A stretch of DNA of 64,000 nt, taken from positions 1 to 64,000 of the forward strand of contig JBEKOM010000002.1 in assembly GCA_049521795.1 (NCBI GenBank). Reading direction: 5' to 3'. A model generated the notes under the pieces. It was not told the DNA's origin, ran no database searches, and saw nothing but the letters and a program-made list of their open reading frames with translations. Numbering within the stretch: position 1 is the stretch's first letter; each line of letters starts with the position of its first letter. The position numbers and the translations under genes were made by a program. Source of the DNA: Candidatus Bathyarchaeia archaeon. GTDB taxonomy: Archaea > Thermoproteota > Bathyarchaeia > Bathyarchaeales > Bathycorpusculaceae. Shown in pieces: positions 9,115 through 17,351 of this stretch.

Positions 9115-9506
9115 GTTTGGGGGGTAGTTTTATCCCAAAGACAATTATTTCTTACCTTTCAAATGTTTTGCAGGAAGCGAAACCTGCTTTTTCTGTTTTC
9201 TTTTAAGTTCTTTCTCTCGTTGCGATTTCTTATGTTGCTCTAAACCTGCAGCTTTCTTTTCTCTTCTTGACAAAACCTCATCAACCTTAATTGGCAATAG
9301 AAGCGTTACGCATTCTAAAGCGTTGTCCTTTTGTCTGTACCACAAGGACGTATACTCGATTAGCGCGCGCTCTGTGTGTGTTATATGTACTTGTTATGTG
9401 TGCTTGTTGTGTGTGAAGAGAGTAAGTAAGTATAGTAGAGTAAATTAGAGTGTCGTAGTCGTAGAGTTTGGGTTTGGGTTTGGGGGGTAAAGTTTTATCC
9501 CAGACA
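9115..9506. repeat. ~29-bp hairpin-forming direct repeat, two copies (partial third at 12477)
   Basis: GTTTGGGGGGTAGTTTTATCCCAAAGACA (9115-9142), GTTTGGGGGGTAAAGTTTTATCCCAGACA (9478-9506), GGTAAAGTCTTATCCCGCACAC (12477-12498). Confidence 0.7.
9145..9273 (-). CDS. 42-aa Lys/Arg-rich microprotein
   Basis: TTG start after GATGAGG; MSRREKKAAGLEQHKKSQREKELKRKQKKQVSLPAKHLKGKK. Confidence 0.5.
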   Translation of the reverse strand: MSRREKKAAGLEQHKKSQREKELKRKQKKQVSLPAKHLKGKK

Positions 9507-9610
9507 CTAGACCCTTGACTCAACCATTTCCATGACTTCCAAGTGTCTTGAGTTCTCGAGTTGGACTATCTGCTTAGCGCGCGCCGCCTAGTTTTGATCG
9601 CGCGGTTGCT

Positions 9611-9640
9611 GGACTTGAACCCGTTTGGGTTCTAATCCCT
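9611..9640. repeat. T-arm-like palindrome copy
   Basis: GGACTTGAACCCGTTTGGGTTCTAATCCCT, near-identical to 11747-11776. Confidence 0.75.
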
Positions 9641-9869
9641 AGAGGCCAATCCCTGAAACGGTGCGAATCCTCATAGTTCTGCTTTTATTTCGCATGCGCG
9701 AAATGTCGCGCGCGCGAGCGCTATGTTGAGATGACAGAAATCTTAAGTCTGCACGTTCATATTTTGATTTGGATGTAATAGCGGTTTATCGCCACGGCGG
9801 GCGTGCTCTTTCTCCGCGCGCGCCTCTTTTAAGGGTTCATGATATTTCTACATGTTCCTTTCTGTTACG

Positions 9870-10010
9870 TTAGCGCGCGCGGTTGGTGCGATTCTCAACG
9901 ACGTCCTGACGGTAAAAGTAGCGTTGTTTACCATTCCATGGCGGAGACTCAGCGATAAAAAGAACACTCACTTCATCTGGTTTCCACGTTTTCTCAACAT
10001 CAAACCTCAC
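9870..10010 (-). pseudogene. 5' fragment of a uracil-DNA glycosylase-like superfamily gene
   Basis: WKPDEVSVLFIAESPPWNGKQRYFY motif, then the frame is terminated by CGCGCGCGCTAA at 9870-9881. Confidence 0.6.
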
Positions 10011-10269
10011 GTAAGCTTTCTCAGAAGCGTTAAGCCTATCGGAACTTGCCAGACCCTCATCTATGCAGCGCGCGCGAGATGTCTCCATTGGGCTGGATTC
10101 AATTCCCAGCGACCATATTAAAACCCATGTCTGCTTGTAGTCCTAGACGAAAAAGCACGGGTCATGCGAAAGCGGGCGCTACCATCCCGCTAGCTGGCAA
10201 TTTCTTGAAAGGACGCAGGGTTACATAAGGGATAAATTGGACCACGATTCTGAATAGTTCGGAAGAAGC

Positions 10270-10476
10270 TTGAGTTTGTGGGAAATTGAAGACTTCCGCA
10301 AATTGCCAGGAGCTTGTCCAGAGTGCAAATCTACTGAAGGTTTTTGGTTCATCGCAAAGCGCGAATCGACCTTTCTTCAATGCAAGCACTGCGCCACCAT
10401 TTTGGAAGCATGCAAGGTCTTCGCCAACCTAAAAGAACCAAAACATTTTAAGTTAGTGATAAAACTGCACAGATAA
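10270..10476 (+). CDS. Small zinc-ribbon protein
   Basis: CPECKS...QCKHC in 68 aa. Confidence 0.6.
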   Translation: MSLWEIEDFRKLPGACPECKSTEGFWFIAKRESTFLQCKHCATILEACKVFANLKEPKHFKLVIKLHR

Positions 10477-10647
10477 CTAGCGCAGTCCAAGTTGTTGTAT
10501 CTAAGGTCTATAATGACTACGTGATTCTTTTGGTGAAGTAACTAATAGCGCGCTTCTCGTTCGACCGAGCAAGCCAGTATTTGGAAAGATGCGGCTATAC
10601 TTCTTATGGGCTTCATGAGGTGACTTTCGCGCGGGTTATGAATGGAA

Positions 10648-10887
10648 TCATTGCACATACGAAAGTTGGGTTGAGCGATGACAAGAGATCTCATGGGCGT
10701 TTGCTTTTTCGACTCTTCTGATCGTCGCTTCTTTCACAGTGGATGCAAAGTATACTTTTCTTTTGAAGGGGTTAGCAGGGTAGCGCACGAATACGACTGG
10801 ACATCCTTCATTCTCACAGGAGTACCTATCCTTGCCAGCATCTTCGGCCAATGGTCTTCCGCAATAAGGACAGCTCGCTGTCATCAA
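10648..10887 (-). CDS. Small zinc-finger protein, paralog of 8216-8371
   Basis: SCPYCGRPLAEDAGKDRYSCENEGCPVVFVRYP. Confidence 0.7.
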   Translation of the reverse strand: MMTASCPYCGRPLAEDAGKDRYSCENEGCPVVFVRYPANPFKRKVYFASTVKEATIRRVEKANAHEISCHRSTQLSYVQ

Positions 10888-11436
10888 ATAACCGAATGTA
10901 TAAATCCTCTAGTTTATTCTTATAGATTCTTGTTCCATCAAGAATATTCCGTTTTTCGATATGTCCTGAACAGGAACCAAAGTTCATTCGCTTAGAATGT
11001 AGATATTGTGAACTTGGCAACTCATGTTTCCTCCGAAAACTTGAAAAGAAGAAAGCGGACAATTAAGCTGATCTGCTTAAATGTCTCTCAGAAAACTCAA
11101 ACTCGATTTCTTTGAAATACGCTCAGCGCGCGCTTTCGTCAGATACCTGAATTGATCCCTCGGGCGCGCGCTAATCCGTTTAACTAGCTGGTTAAATTTC
11201 GGCTTCTGTCATGTTATTACTCGCACGGTCAAAAAGGCGAAGCTACTCGCTGTTTCGGGAGAAATGCAGCTCGCACGTCCATTGTTTCCTTCAGAGGCGT
11301 TGTATCCCAAAAATAGAAGTTCTTAAGGTAATCGTTTTGAATGTAGAATGGTCTGTGTGGGCTGCGGCAAAAATTTTATATATAGAAGTCTCCGAAGTTA
11401 CTTGTAGATAAAAAGAGCCAGAATTTTGGGAGAACT

Positions 11437-11730
11437 ATGTCAATTCCACCTGAGATCGCTTGGCTAATTCCAGTTGTCCTGCCATTCATCATAGGCTTGC
11501 TGGTAGGCGCTATAGTCAAGAAAGGTTTGAAACTTCTGGTAGCTGTTGTCGCACTCATCATAGTCCTCGTCGCGACCGGGATCCTGAGCTTGACTTTCAC
11601 CAGCCTTTTCGATCAGGCCATGAAGTTTTTGCCCAAGCTCTACGATGTCGGAAGCGGATGGCTCAACGTCTTACCTTATTCTTCCGTTGCATTCCTGATC
11701 GGCCTCGCGCTAGGATTTCTGTTTGCCTGA
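11437..11730 (+). CDS. Small membrane protein (about 3 TM helices)
   Basis: 97-aa hydrophobic ORF; GGGAG upstream; CG run 5 nt after the stop. Confidence 0.8.
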   Translation: MSIPPEIAWLIPVVLPFIIGLLVGAIVKKGLKLLVAVVALIIVLVATGILSLTFTSLFDQAMKFLPKLYDVGSGWLNVLPYSSVAFLIGLALGFLFA

Positions 11731-11742
11731 AGTAGCGCGCGC

Positions 11743-11865
11743 GTTGGGACTTGAACCCGTTTGGGCTCGAATCCCTCCGGATTCGCTCTGTGCCAACTGC
11801 TAGAAAAATGCAAGATCCTACTTTCAGTTTTCAAGTAAGTTCTGAACCCTTTTGGGTACGGGTCC
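11743..11865. repeat. Pair of T-arm-like palindromes between two CG runs
   Basis: GGGACTTGAACCCGTTTGGGCTCGAATCCC (11746-11775) and GTTCTGAACCCTTTTGGGTACGGGTCC (11839-11865); 11743-11760 is the exact reverse complement of 5823-5840. Confidence 0.75.
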
Positions 11866-12051
11866 AGGTGGAATAGGAGCGCGCGCTAGCAACGCGCGTT
11901 GGATTCTCTTCGGGCAATTCTCTTTCACGTAGCGTTCTCCACATAGCGGATTTCTTTTTCTGCACCATTGCGTCCGCGCGCGCTTTTTTGGCGGTCCGCG
12001 CAACAGATATTAGCGACGTTTTGCACAGGCTACTCTATTCTGAGGGTCTTG

Positions 12052-12414
12052 ATGGAGAAGATCATAGCCCACTGTGGAATTACGTGTTCTGATTGCCCAA
12101 CCTTCATAGCGACGAAGACGAATGATGACGCTGAAAGAAGAAGAGTGGCAGAGCTGTGGACAAAACAGTACGGTCACCCATTTAAGCCAGGAGACATCAA
12201 CTGCGACGGTTGCCAGACAAAAGGAACACGCGTCTTCAACTACACTAAAATATGCGAGATCAGAAAATGCGGACAAGAGAGAAACACAGAGAATTGCGCC
12301 TACTGTGACGAGTACAAGTGCGAAAAGATCTCCAAACTCCACGAACAGGCGCCAAAACCAAAAGAAACGCTCGACCAACTAAGAAAAACCTTAGGCAAAG
12401 ACACCAAACATTAA
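12052..12414 (+). CDS. DUF3795-like Cys-rich protein
   Basis: IAHCGITCSDC, INCDGC, CEIRKC, NCAYCDEYKC pattern; ATG at 12052. Confidence 0.85.
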   Translation: MEKIIAHCGITCSDCPTFIATKTNDDAERRRVAELWTKQYGHPFKPGDINCDGCQTKGTRVFNYTKICEIRKCGQERNTENCAYCDEYKCEKISKLHEQAPKPKETLDQLRKTLGKDTKH

Positions 12415-12653
12415 GCACGTGCGCTTCCTCGCATATCAATCAGCTTGATTTGGGCTAAGTTTGTCCCAAACCCAATGGTAAAGTCTTATCCCGCACACAC
12501 GGAGTGAGTGTGAAGAGCAAGCTGTTTGAAGTTCAAGCCGTTTTCAGCGTTTTTGCAACCAAGCAGTTCCGTAGGCATCAATTCTTCGCCAACAGATTTC
12601 GGCCGGCACTTCATGATTTGTTACCACACAACATTACCACTGACATTACTTAC

Positions 12654-12696
12654 AAAAAACGGGGGAGTCAACCCTGAAAGGATACCCGTCTCTCCC
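12654..12696 (-). terminator. Possible hairpin plus U-tract terminator downstream of the LysE gene
   Basis: Minus strand GGGAGAGACGGG...ACTCCCCCGTTTTTT. Confidence 0.3.
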
Positions 12697-12853
12697 GAAC
12701 CGCAAGCTCTTTCGACATCAATCGTGTTTCTACACGTTGCTGTTCTTCGGTGCATTAGCTTCCCTGACACTGCTGAACGCGTGTTTGAGGCTGTCCCTAC
12801 GCCGGACTCGTCGGGAGGCAGTGCAGTTGCTGGGGCTTCGAATGGAACGCGCG

Positions 12854-13477
12854 CTATATTGAGCTGAGAGTGAAAGTGAGCCCAAAGTACATCAAAACCC
12901 CTCCAAACGTTGCAGTGAGGAGTCTGTACCATTTCAGTCCCACAGAGTTCAGTCCCACCTTCGCGAAGTGCGCGGTGGCCGTGAGCCAAACATAGTCCAT
13001 CCACACATGGCACAAGTACATCAAGGCGACGCCGGCGAATGAGGCGAATTCAAGGGCTATGATGATTAGTTCAGCCCCCGCGGTGAGCCACCAAACGATG
13101 AAGAAGGGGTTCAAACCCGTCAGTGCAAGGCCCAGTAGAAAAAGCCCGCGGGAACCAACCTTGACCTGTTTGGCCTCTCCAAACTTGGACACGAGAGAGC
13201 CACGAATCTGCAGCGCGCCGAACCCGACAAGAACGACTCCTCCGACCACTCCGACGATGCGTTTCACAGCCAGCTCGTGTGCAAACGTCAACAATCCAAG
13301 AGCCAAGAACATGACGAGCGCGAACTCAACTAGAGTGTGCGCCAAAGAGAAAACCAACCCGCTTCTCGCTCCAGACTTTGCGCCCTGAGATAGGTTTTCA
13401 AAGAACAGAGGGCCTGGAGCGAGCGCAGCAGAACCCGTCACGAGAATAACCGTGACGACGAAACTGAATATGTCCAT
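12854..13477 (-). CDS. LysE family translocator
   Basis: ALAPGPL, LAHTLVE, GLNPFFIVWW; multiple TM helices; stop TAG runs into CGCGCG. Confidence 0.9.
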   Translation of the reverse strand: MDIFSFVVTVILVTGSAALAPGPLFFENLSQGAKSGARSGLVFSLAHTLVEFALVMFLALGLLTFAHELAVKRIVGVVGGVVLVGFGALQIRGSLVSKFGEAKQVKVGSRGLFLLGLALTGLNPFFIVWWLTAGAELIIIALEFASFAGVALMYLCHVWMDYVWLTATAHFAKVGLNSVGLKWYRLLTATFGGVLMYFGLTFTLSSI

Positions 13478-13544
13478 AACGGTAAGGAACGGCAGAATGA
13501 AGATAATAACATTCTGCAATTCTCCCTCCGCGCGCAACTAAAAG

Positions 13545-14582
13545 CTAGGGTCGATTTGATCCAGCGTTTCTAACCGCGTTCACGGTTCTTCTCAAGAGGA
13601 GCTCTGCCGCTTCTTGCGTTGGCCAACCGCCCAACCCGCAGTCTGGGCCTGTGAAGGCCATTCGCTCTCCGTATTTCTCTTTCGCGGCCCTGAACCTCTT
13701 GCGTATGGTTGACTCGTCCTCAGCGATTTCTTCAATGCGTGGCTTCGAAATGCCTCTTTCGTAAAGCTCTGCCATGATCGAATCTATGTCTGTTCTGGAC
13801 ACACCGACTCGTACCTGCTTGTCTGCCTGCTCGAGCATCCGCTTGGATAATCCTTCAATGTTCTTTGGGGAAGCTGCGTACTCGAACGACAGCACATCGA
13901 CGTTCTTAACCTCCAGCACGTCGGTTATCCGTGACGGAGAGTGAAGGTGGATCTGTCTCACCGCGCCGCTAAAGTCGAAGGCCTTCTCAAGAACGTCCAT
14001 GACTGTTTCTCTTTCTGCCGAGATTTCCCTGAAACCGAAACTCGGCTCGTCCAAGGAAACTACGGCAGTTTTGACGTACTCTGAGTTCAGAATGGAGTTT
14101 TTTGCGAAGCGCCTAACGTTTTCTGCGAACATCATGAGAACATCCTTGTAGGCCACAGTTCCGACTTCTCTGAGATAGAGGTCCATTGGACCTAGTATGC
14201 AGACACGGAGCTGCACCCTCTTTCTAAATTCCTCATACAACCTCTTTGCTTCCTCCTTGATCACGCACACTTCAGGCAAGAATGCTTGATTTTCATCGAT
14301 CAGGTACGTGCCCTTGTCCATCACTTCCTTAAGCACGTCCGCAAGCTGCCTGTGCATGTCGTAGTGCTGCGGATAGTTGACGATGTCAAGGCCGGTTTCA
14401 ACCTTCCTCCTAAAGGAATCCACTATCACTTGGTAGAAATTCTTCAGCAAGAATTCGTCGCTTGTTAGCCCTCTTCTGCTTGTCAGTGCCTTTCTTGCAA
14501 GAACGTATGCCCTATCAAACGACTCCCGGTCCGTCTGAGGCGGCAGAGGAAAACTTCCAACGTCGTCAATGAGTGTGCTCAT
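13545..14582 (-). CDS. Cobalamin-independent methionine synthase (MetE catalytic domain)-like protein
   Basis: DDVGSFP, SLDEPS, QIHLH, GPDCGLGGW. Confidence 0.8.
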   Translation of the reverse strand: MSTLIDDVGSFPLPPQTDRESFDRAYVLARKALTSRRGLTSDEFLLKNFYQVIVDSFRRKVETGLDIVNYPQHYDMHRQLADVLKEVMDKGTYLIDENQAFLPEVCVIKEEAKRLYEEFRKRVQLRVCILGPMDLYLREVGTVAYKDVLMMFAENVRRFAKNSILNSEYVKTAVVSLDEPSFGFREISAERETVMDVLEKAFDFSGAVRQIHLHSPSRITDVLEVKNVDVLSFEYAASPKNIEGLSKRMLEQADKQVRVGVSRTDIDSIMAELYERGISKPRIEEIAEDESTIRKRFRAAKEKYGERMAFTGPDCGLGGWPTQEAAELLLRRTVNAVRNAGSNRP

Positions 14583-14683
14583 GCGTACAAGTCTGGTCGA
14601 AACCGAATTTAAGGCTGTCTTCATCCTGCATTTGTTGGAAGATGCTGCACTACCTTTTCTTGCATAAGAACCGTTCTTACGTG

Positions 14684-15538
14684 CTAGTTTCTTGCGAACG
14701 GTCGAGTAACATCTTCGAGTCTTTCGCCCAAGACTTGAATGTCATCAATGTTGCCTAGTCCTCTCTCGTAAGCCTTCCGAACATGACTGACCTCGTGGGG
14801 GTCAAACCCCATGATTCTGCATGCAGTCGAGTCCGTAGCAACAGGGTCGGTTCCTGCTATTATCAGGTCCATCTGGACGGGTGTTCCGCCGACGGGGCCA
14901 CGTCCTTCCATCGCTACGAAGCCGTCTATCACCGTTAATGTTGGTTTGAGTACAGTGTTGATGTCAGCGATAACCGTGCTTATGCCCCTCAGATGATATT
15001 TTGATTTGAGCTTATCCGGCAGAAGACCGAACATGTTCTTCATGCCCAACGTGACTCCTGTTGACATGTGAGTCTTAAGCTTAGCAGCACTAATAATGGC
15101 AGACTCGGTAACGATGCGAGGCACAGTGATGCTCTTCAATGCTTCCCCATGAGGAATATCAACCTTAACCCTGTCTTTCACGTGTCTCAGGTTAAGGCAC
15201 TGAACGCCGTTGCGCTCGCTCATCTCTCTCATGCCCGTGACCTCAAAGGCCTTATCAGCGTTGGTCATCGTCGCGTCTGACTCGACAACGTAGATCTCAA
15301 CAGGCAAGTTCTTGAGCCTCTTTATGATCGCTTCAACCACTATTGGATCCGTGGTCGCGCCGGTTTCCCATGTTGCTACAGTTATAAAGTTGACTTTTAT
15401 GAGCACCTTATGCCAACCTGATAGGGCAGTCTCATAATCCACCAGGTCAAGAGCTCTCAAAACGGGGTCTTGTCCTCTTTGGCCTCTAACAACAGCCACT
15501 TTTGAAGTCAAACGGACGACACTCTCGAGAATCAGCAC
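14684..15538 (-). CDS. DUF362 domain protein
   Basis: VLIKVN, TTDP, KLKTH, TLGMKNMFG, DGFVAMEGRGP, DPVATD. Confidence 0.9.
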   Translation of the reverse strand: MLILESVVRLTSKVAVVRGQRGQDPVLRALDLVDYETALSGWHKVLIKVNFITVATWETGATTDPIVVEAIIKRLKNLPVEIYVVESDATMTNADKAFEVTGMREMSERNGVQCLNLRHVKDRVKVDIPHGEALKSITVPRIVTESAIISAAKLKTHMSTGVTLGMKNMFGLLPDKLKSKYHLRGISTVIADINTVLKPTLTVIDGFVAMEGRGPVGGTPVQMDLIIAGTDPVATDSTACRIMGFDPHEVSHVRKAYERGLGNIDDIQVLGERLEDVTRPFARN

Positions 15539-15766
15539 CCTTGATGAAATTTAAGCATTGTCCAAAAAGAACCTCAGAAGATGCACAGTGCGACGTTGCA
15601 GAAAGTGACCAAGGTTCAAGCGCCTGCGTGACGCATTCAGACATAGTCAAAAGGCTAAGGGCACTGAAAGAACTAAGCTAGAAACTGGCCTTTTACTCAA
15701 ACTTGCTACGGTTAAGGAGCGGAACCGTTAAAGATTAAGGGCCAAGAATATCTAAGCTCGTTAGAT

Positions 15767-17005
15767 GTGATAGCTATGCAGGTTCAAAAGCTGTTCGATG
15801 AAATCGAAAAACTGCAAAGTGAGATGGTACAGGCTTTAATGGAGCTTGTTCGTATTCCAGCTATAGCTCCTGAAAACGGCGGAGAAGGAGAATCTGAGAA
15901 AGCCGAAAAACTCGTTGAAATCTTGAAGGCTGCAGGCCTCGACAAAATAGAACGTTGCGACGCGGAAGACGAAAGAGTTCCATCCAAGAAGAGGCCCAAT
16001 ATCATTGCACGCTGCACGGGGGAGACAACAAAGGAAACGCTTTGGATAATCACACACCTCGACATAGTTCCACCGGGGGAGGATTCACTTTGGACCATTA
16101 CAAAACCATTTCAACCCATCATCAAAGACGGAAAAATCTACGGAAGAAGCAGCGAAGACAACACGCAATCAATGGTTTCCTCCATCTTCGCAATAAAAGC
16201 TCTAAAGAACTTGGGAATCAAACCGAGAAGGACAGTTGCTCTCTGCTTCGTGGCTGACGAGGAGCAGGGAAGCACTTATGGAATCCAGCACCTCATAAAA
16301 CAGGACTTCTTCAAAAAAGAGGATCTGATAATCGTTCCAGACGGAGGAAACGCTATTGGAAGCTTCGTGGAGATCGCTGAAAAAAGTGCTCTCTGGTTTA
16401 GAGTGCGCACCGTTGGCAGGCAGACTCACGCTAGCAGACCGGGAGACGGCCTCAACGCCCACCGAGTTGGAATGGAATATGCCTTGGCACTTGACAAAAT
16501 GCTGCATGAGAAGTATGCGGCGAAAGACGAGCATTTCGACCCTCCCGAAAGCACGTTTGAGCCGACGAAGAAGGACAAGAATGTTGATGCTGTAAACATC
16601 GTTCCCGGCGAAGACGTAAACTATTTCGACTGCAGGATTCTACCTCACTACAGTGTGGAAGAAATATTGTCGAACATCAATGGACTTGCACTAGAGTATC
16701 AACAGAAAACTGGAGCTAAAATCAGCGTTGAGTTGGTTCAGAAAAGCGTCGCTCCGAAGCCAACCGATGTGAACGCAAAGATTGTTCTCATGCTGAAAGA
16801 GGCTATCAAGAGTGTGAGACGAGTAGAACCGAAAGTTGGAGGAATCGGAGGGGGAACGTGCGCTGCTTTCTTCAGAAGAATCGACATCCCAGCAGTTGTG
16901 TGGAGCACCGTGGATGAGATGGCACACCAACCGAACGAATACGCAAAAATAGCAAACCTCGTTAACGATGCCAAAATCTTCGCTTCCTTGGCGATCAGGT
17001 CCTAG
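15767..17005 (+). CDS. M20 family metallohydrolase (DapE/ArgE-like)
   Basis: THLDIVP, GRSSEDN, DEEQGS, THASRP, MAHQPNE. Confidence 0.92.
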   Translation: MIAMQVQKLFDEIEKLQSEMVQALMELVRIPAIAPENGGEGESEKAEKLVEILKAAGLDKIERCDAEDERVPSKKRPNIIARCTGETTKETLWIITHLDIVPPGEDSLWTITKPFQPIIKDGKIYGRSSEDNTQSMVSSIFAIKALKNLGIKPRRTVALCFVADEEQGSTYGIQHLIKQDFFKKEDLIIVPDGGNAIGSFVEIAEKSALWFRVRTVGRQTHASRPGDGLNAHRVGMEYALALDKMLHEKYAAKDEHFDPPESTFEPTKKDKNVDAVNIVPGEDVNYFDCRILPHYSVEEILSNINGLALEYQQKTGAKISVELVQKSVAPKPTDVNAKIVLMLKEAIKSVRRVEPKVGGIGGGTCAAFFRRIDIPAVVWSTVDEMAHQPNEYAKIANLVNDAKIFASLAIRS

Positions 17006-17058
17006 GTAGAGCGCAGCTATTTTCCAAGACCTGAACGACGAAGTTTGGGGTCGTGCTA

Positions 17059-17259
17059 GCGTGTTCCTGAATTCTTTTAGGAAGTAGCTTACTGCTCATT
17101 TTGCTGTTCAGTCATATTTGGGTCATATAGTGAACCCGGGGGGGAGGGTGTGAGCACGCAAGCACCCAGTCCGAACCGTGACAGTAACCATCGACCATCG
17201 GAAAACCCCATGCCTGCCTCTTGAGCTGAATCTAGGAATTTAGGAACAAGCATGCGCGC
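17059..17259. mobile_element. ~200-bp dispersed element with terminal inverted repeats (MITE-like or structured ncRNA), copy 1
   Basis: Alignable end to end with 56765-56959; ends TGTTCCTGAATTC / GAATCTAGGAA...; right end abuts GCGCGCTAA. Confidence 0.65.
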
Positions 17260-17351
17260 TAAATCTTCCAGCAATCGTTCGCAAGCTTTGAGAGGAAAAG
17301 TACTTAAATAATGTCGGCACGAAACTAGATTCCTCGAATCGAGGCTGTCTT

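Larger units (their letters stand above)
5812..11983. repeat. Cluster of alternating (CG)n runs, consensus YTAGCGCGCGC
   Basis: Runs of 8 nt or more start at 5812, 5884, 6123, 6314, 7151, 7245, 8206, 8454, 9363, 9577, 9707, 9815, 9873, 10068, 11126, 11164, 11735, 11879, 11975; 7-mers at 7890 and 12848; outliers at 893 and 1598. Confidence 0.9.

Noticed and set aside
11860-11876. ORB-like TCCAGGTGGAA (replication origin)
   Set aside because: Single imperfect hit, no G-string and no orc1/cdc6 nearby.
5807-12860. CRISPR array interpretation of the repeated motifs
   Set aside because: Repeats are 8-11 nt with irregular 30-830 bp spacing and mixed orientation; no cas genes in the window.
17150-17210. 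Group II intron domain V resemblance (ACGGTTCGG on the minus strand)
   Set aside because: No catalytic AGC/CGC triad hairpin can be formed and no reverse transcriptase is present.
17089-17274. Small protein family from the ORFs in the two 200-bp elements
   Set aside because: Compensating frameshifts in the middle and different starts and stops between copies; kept only as an alternative.
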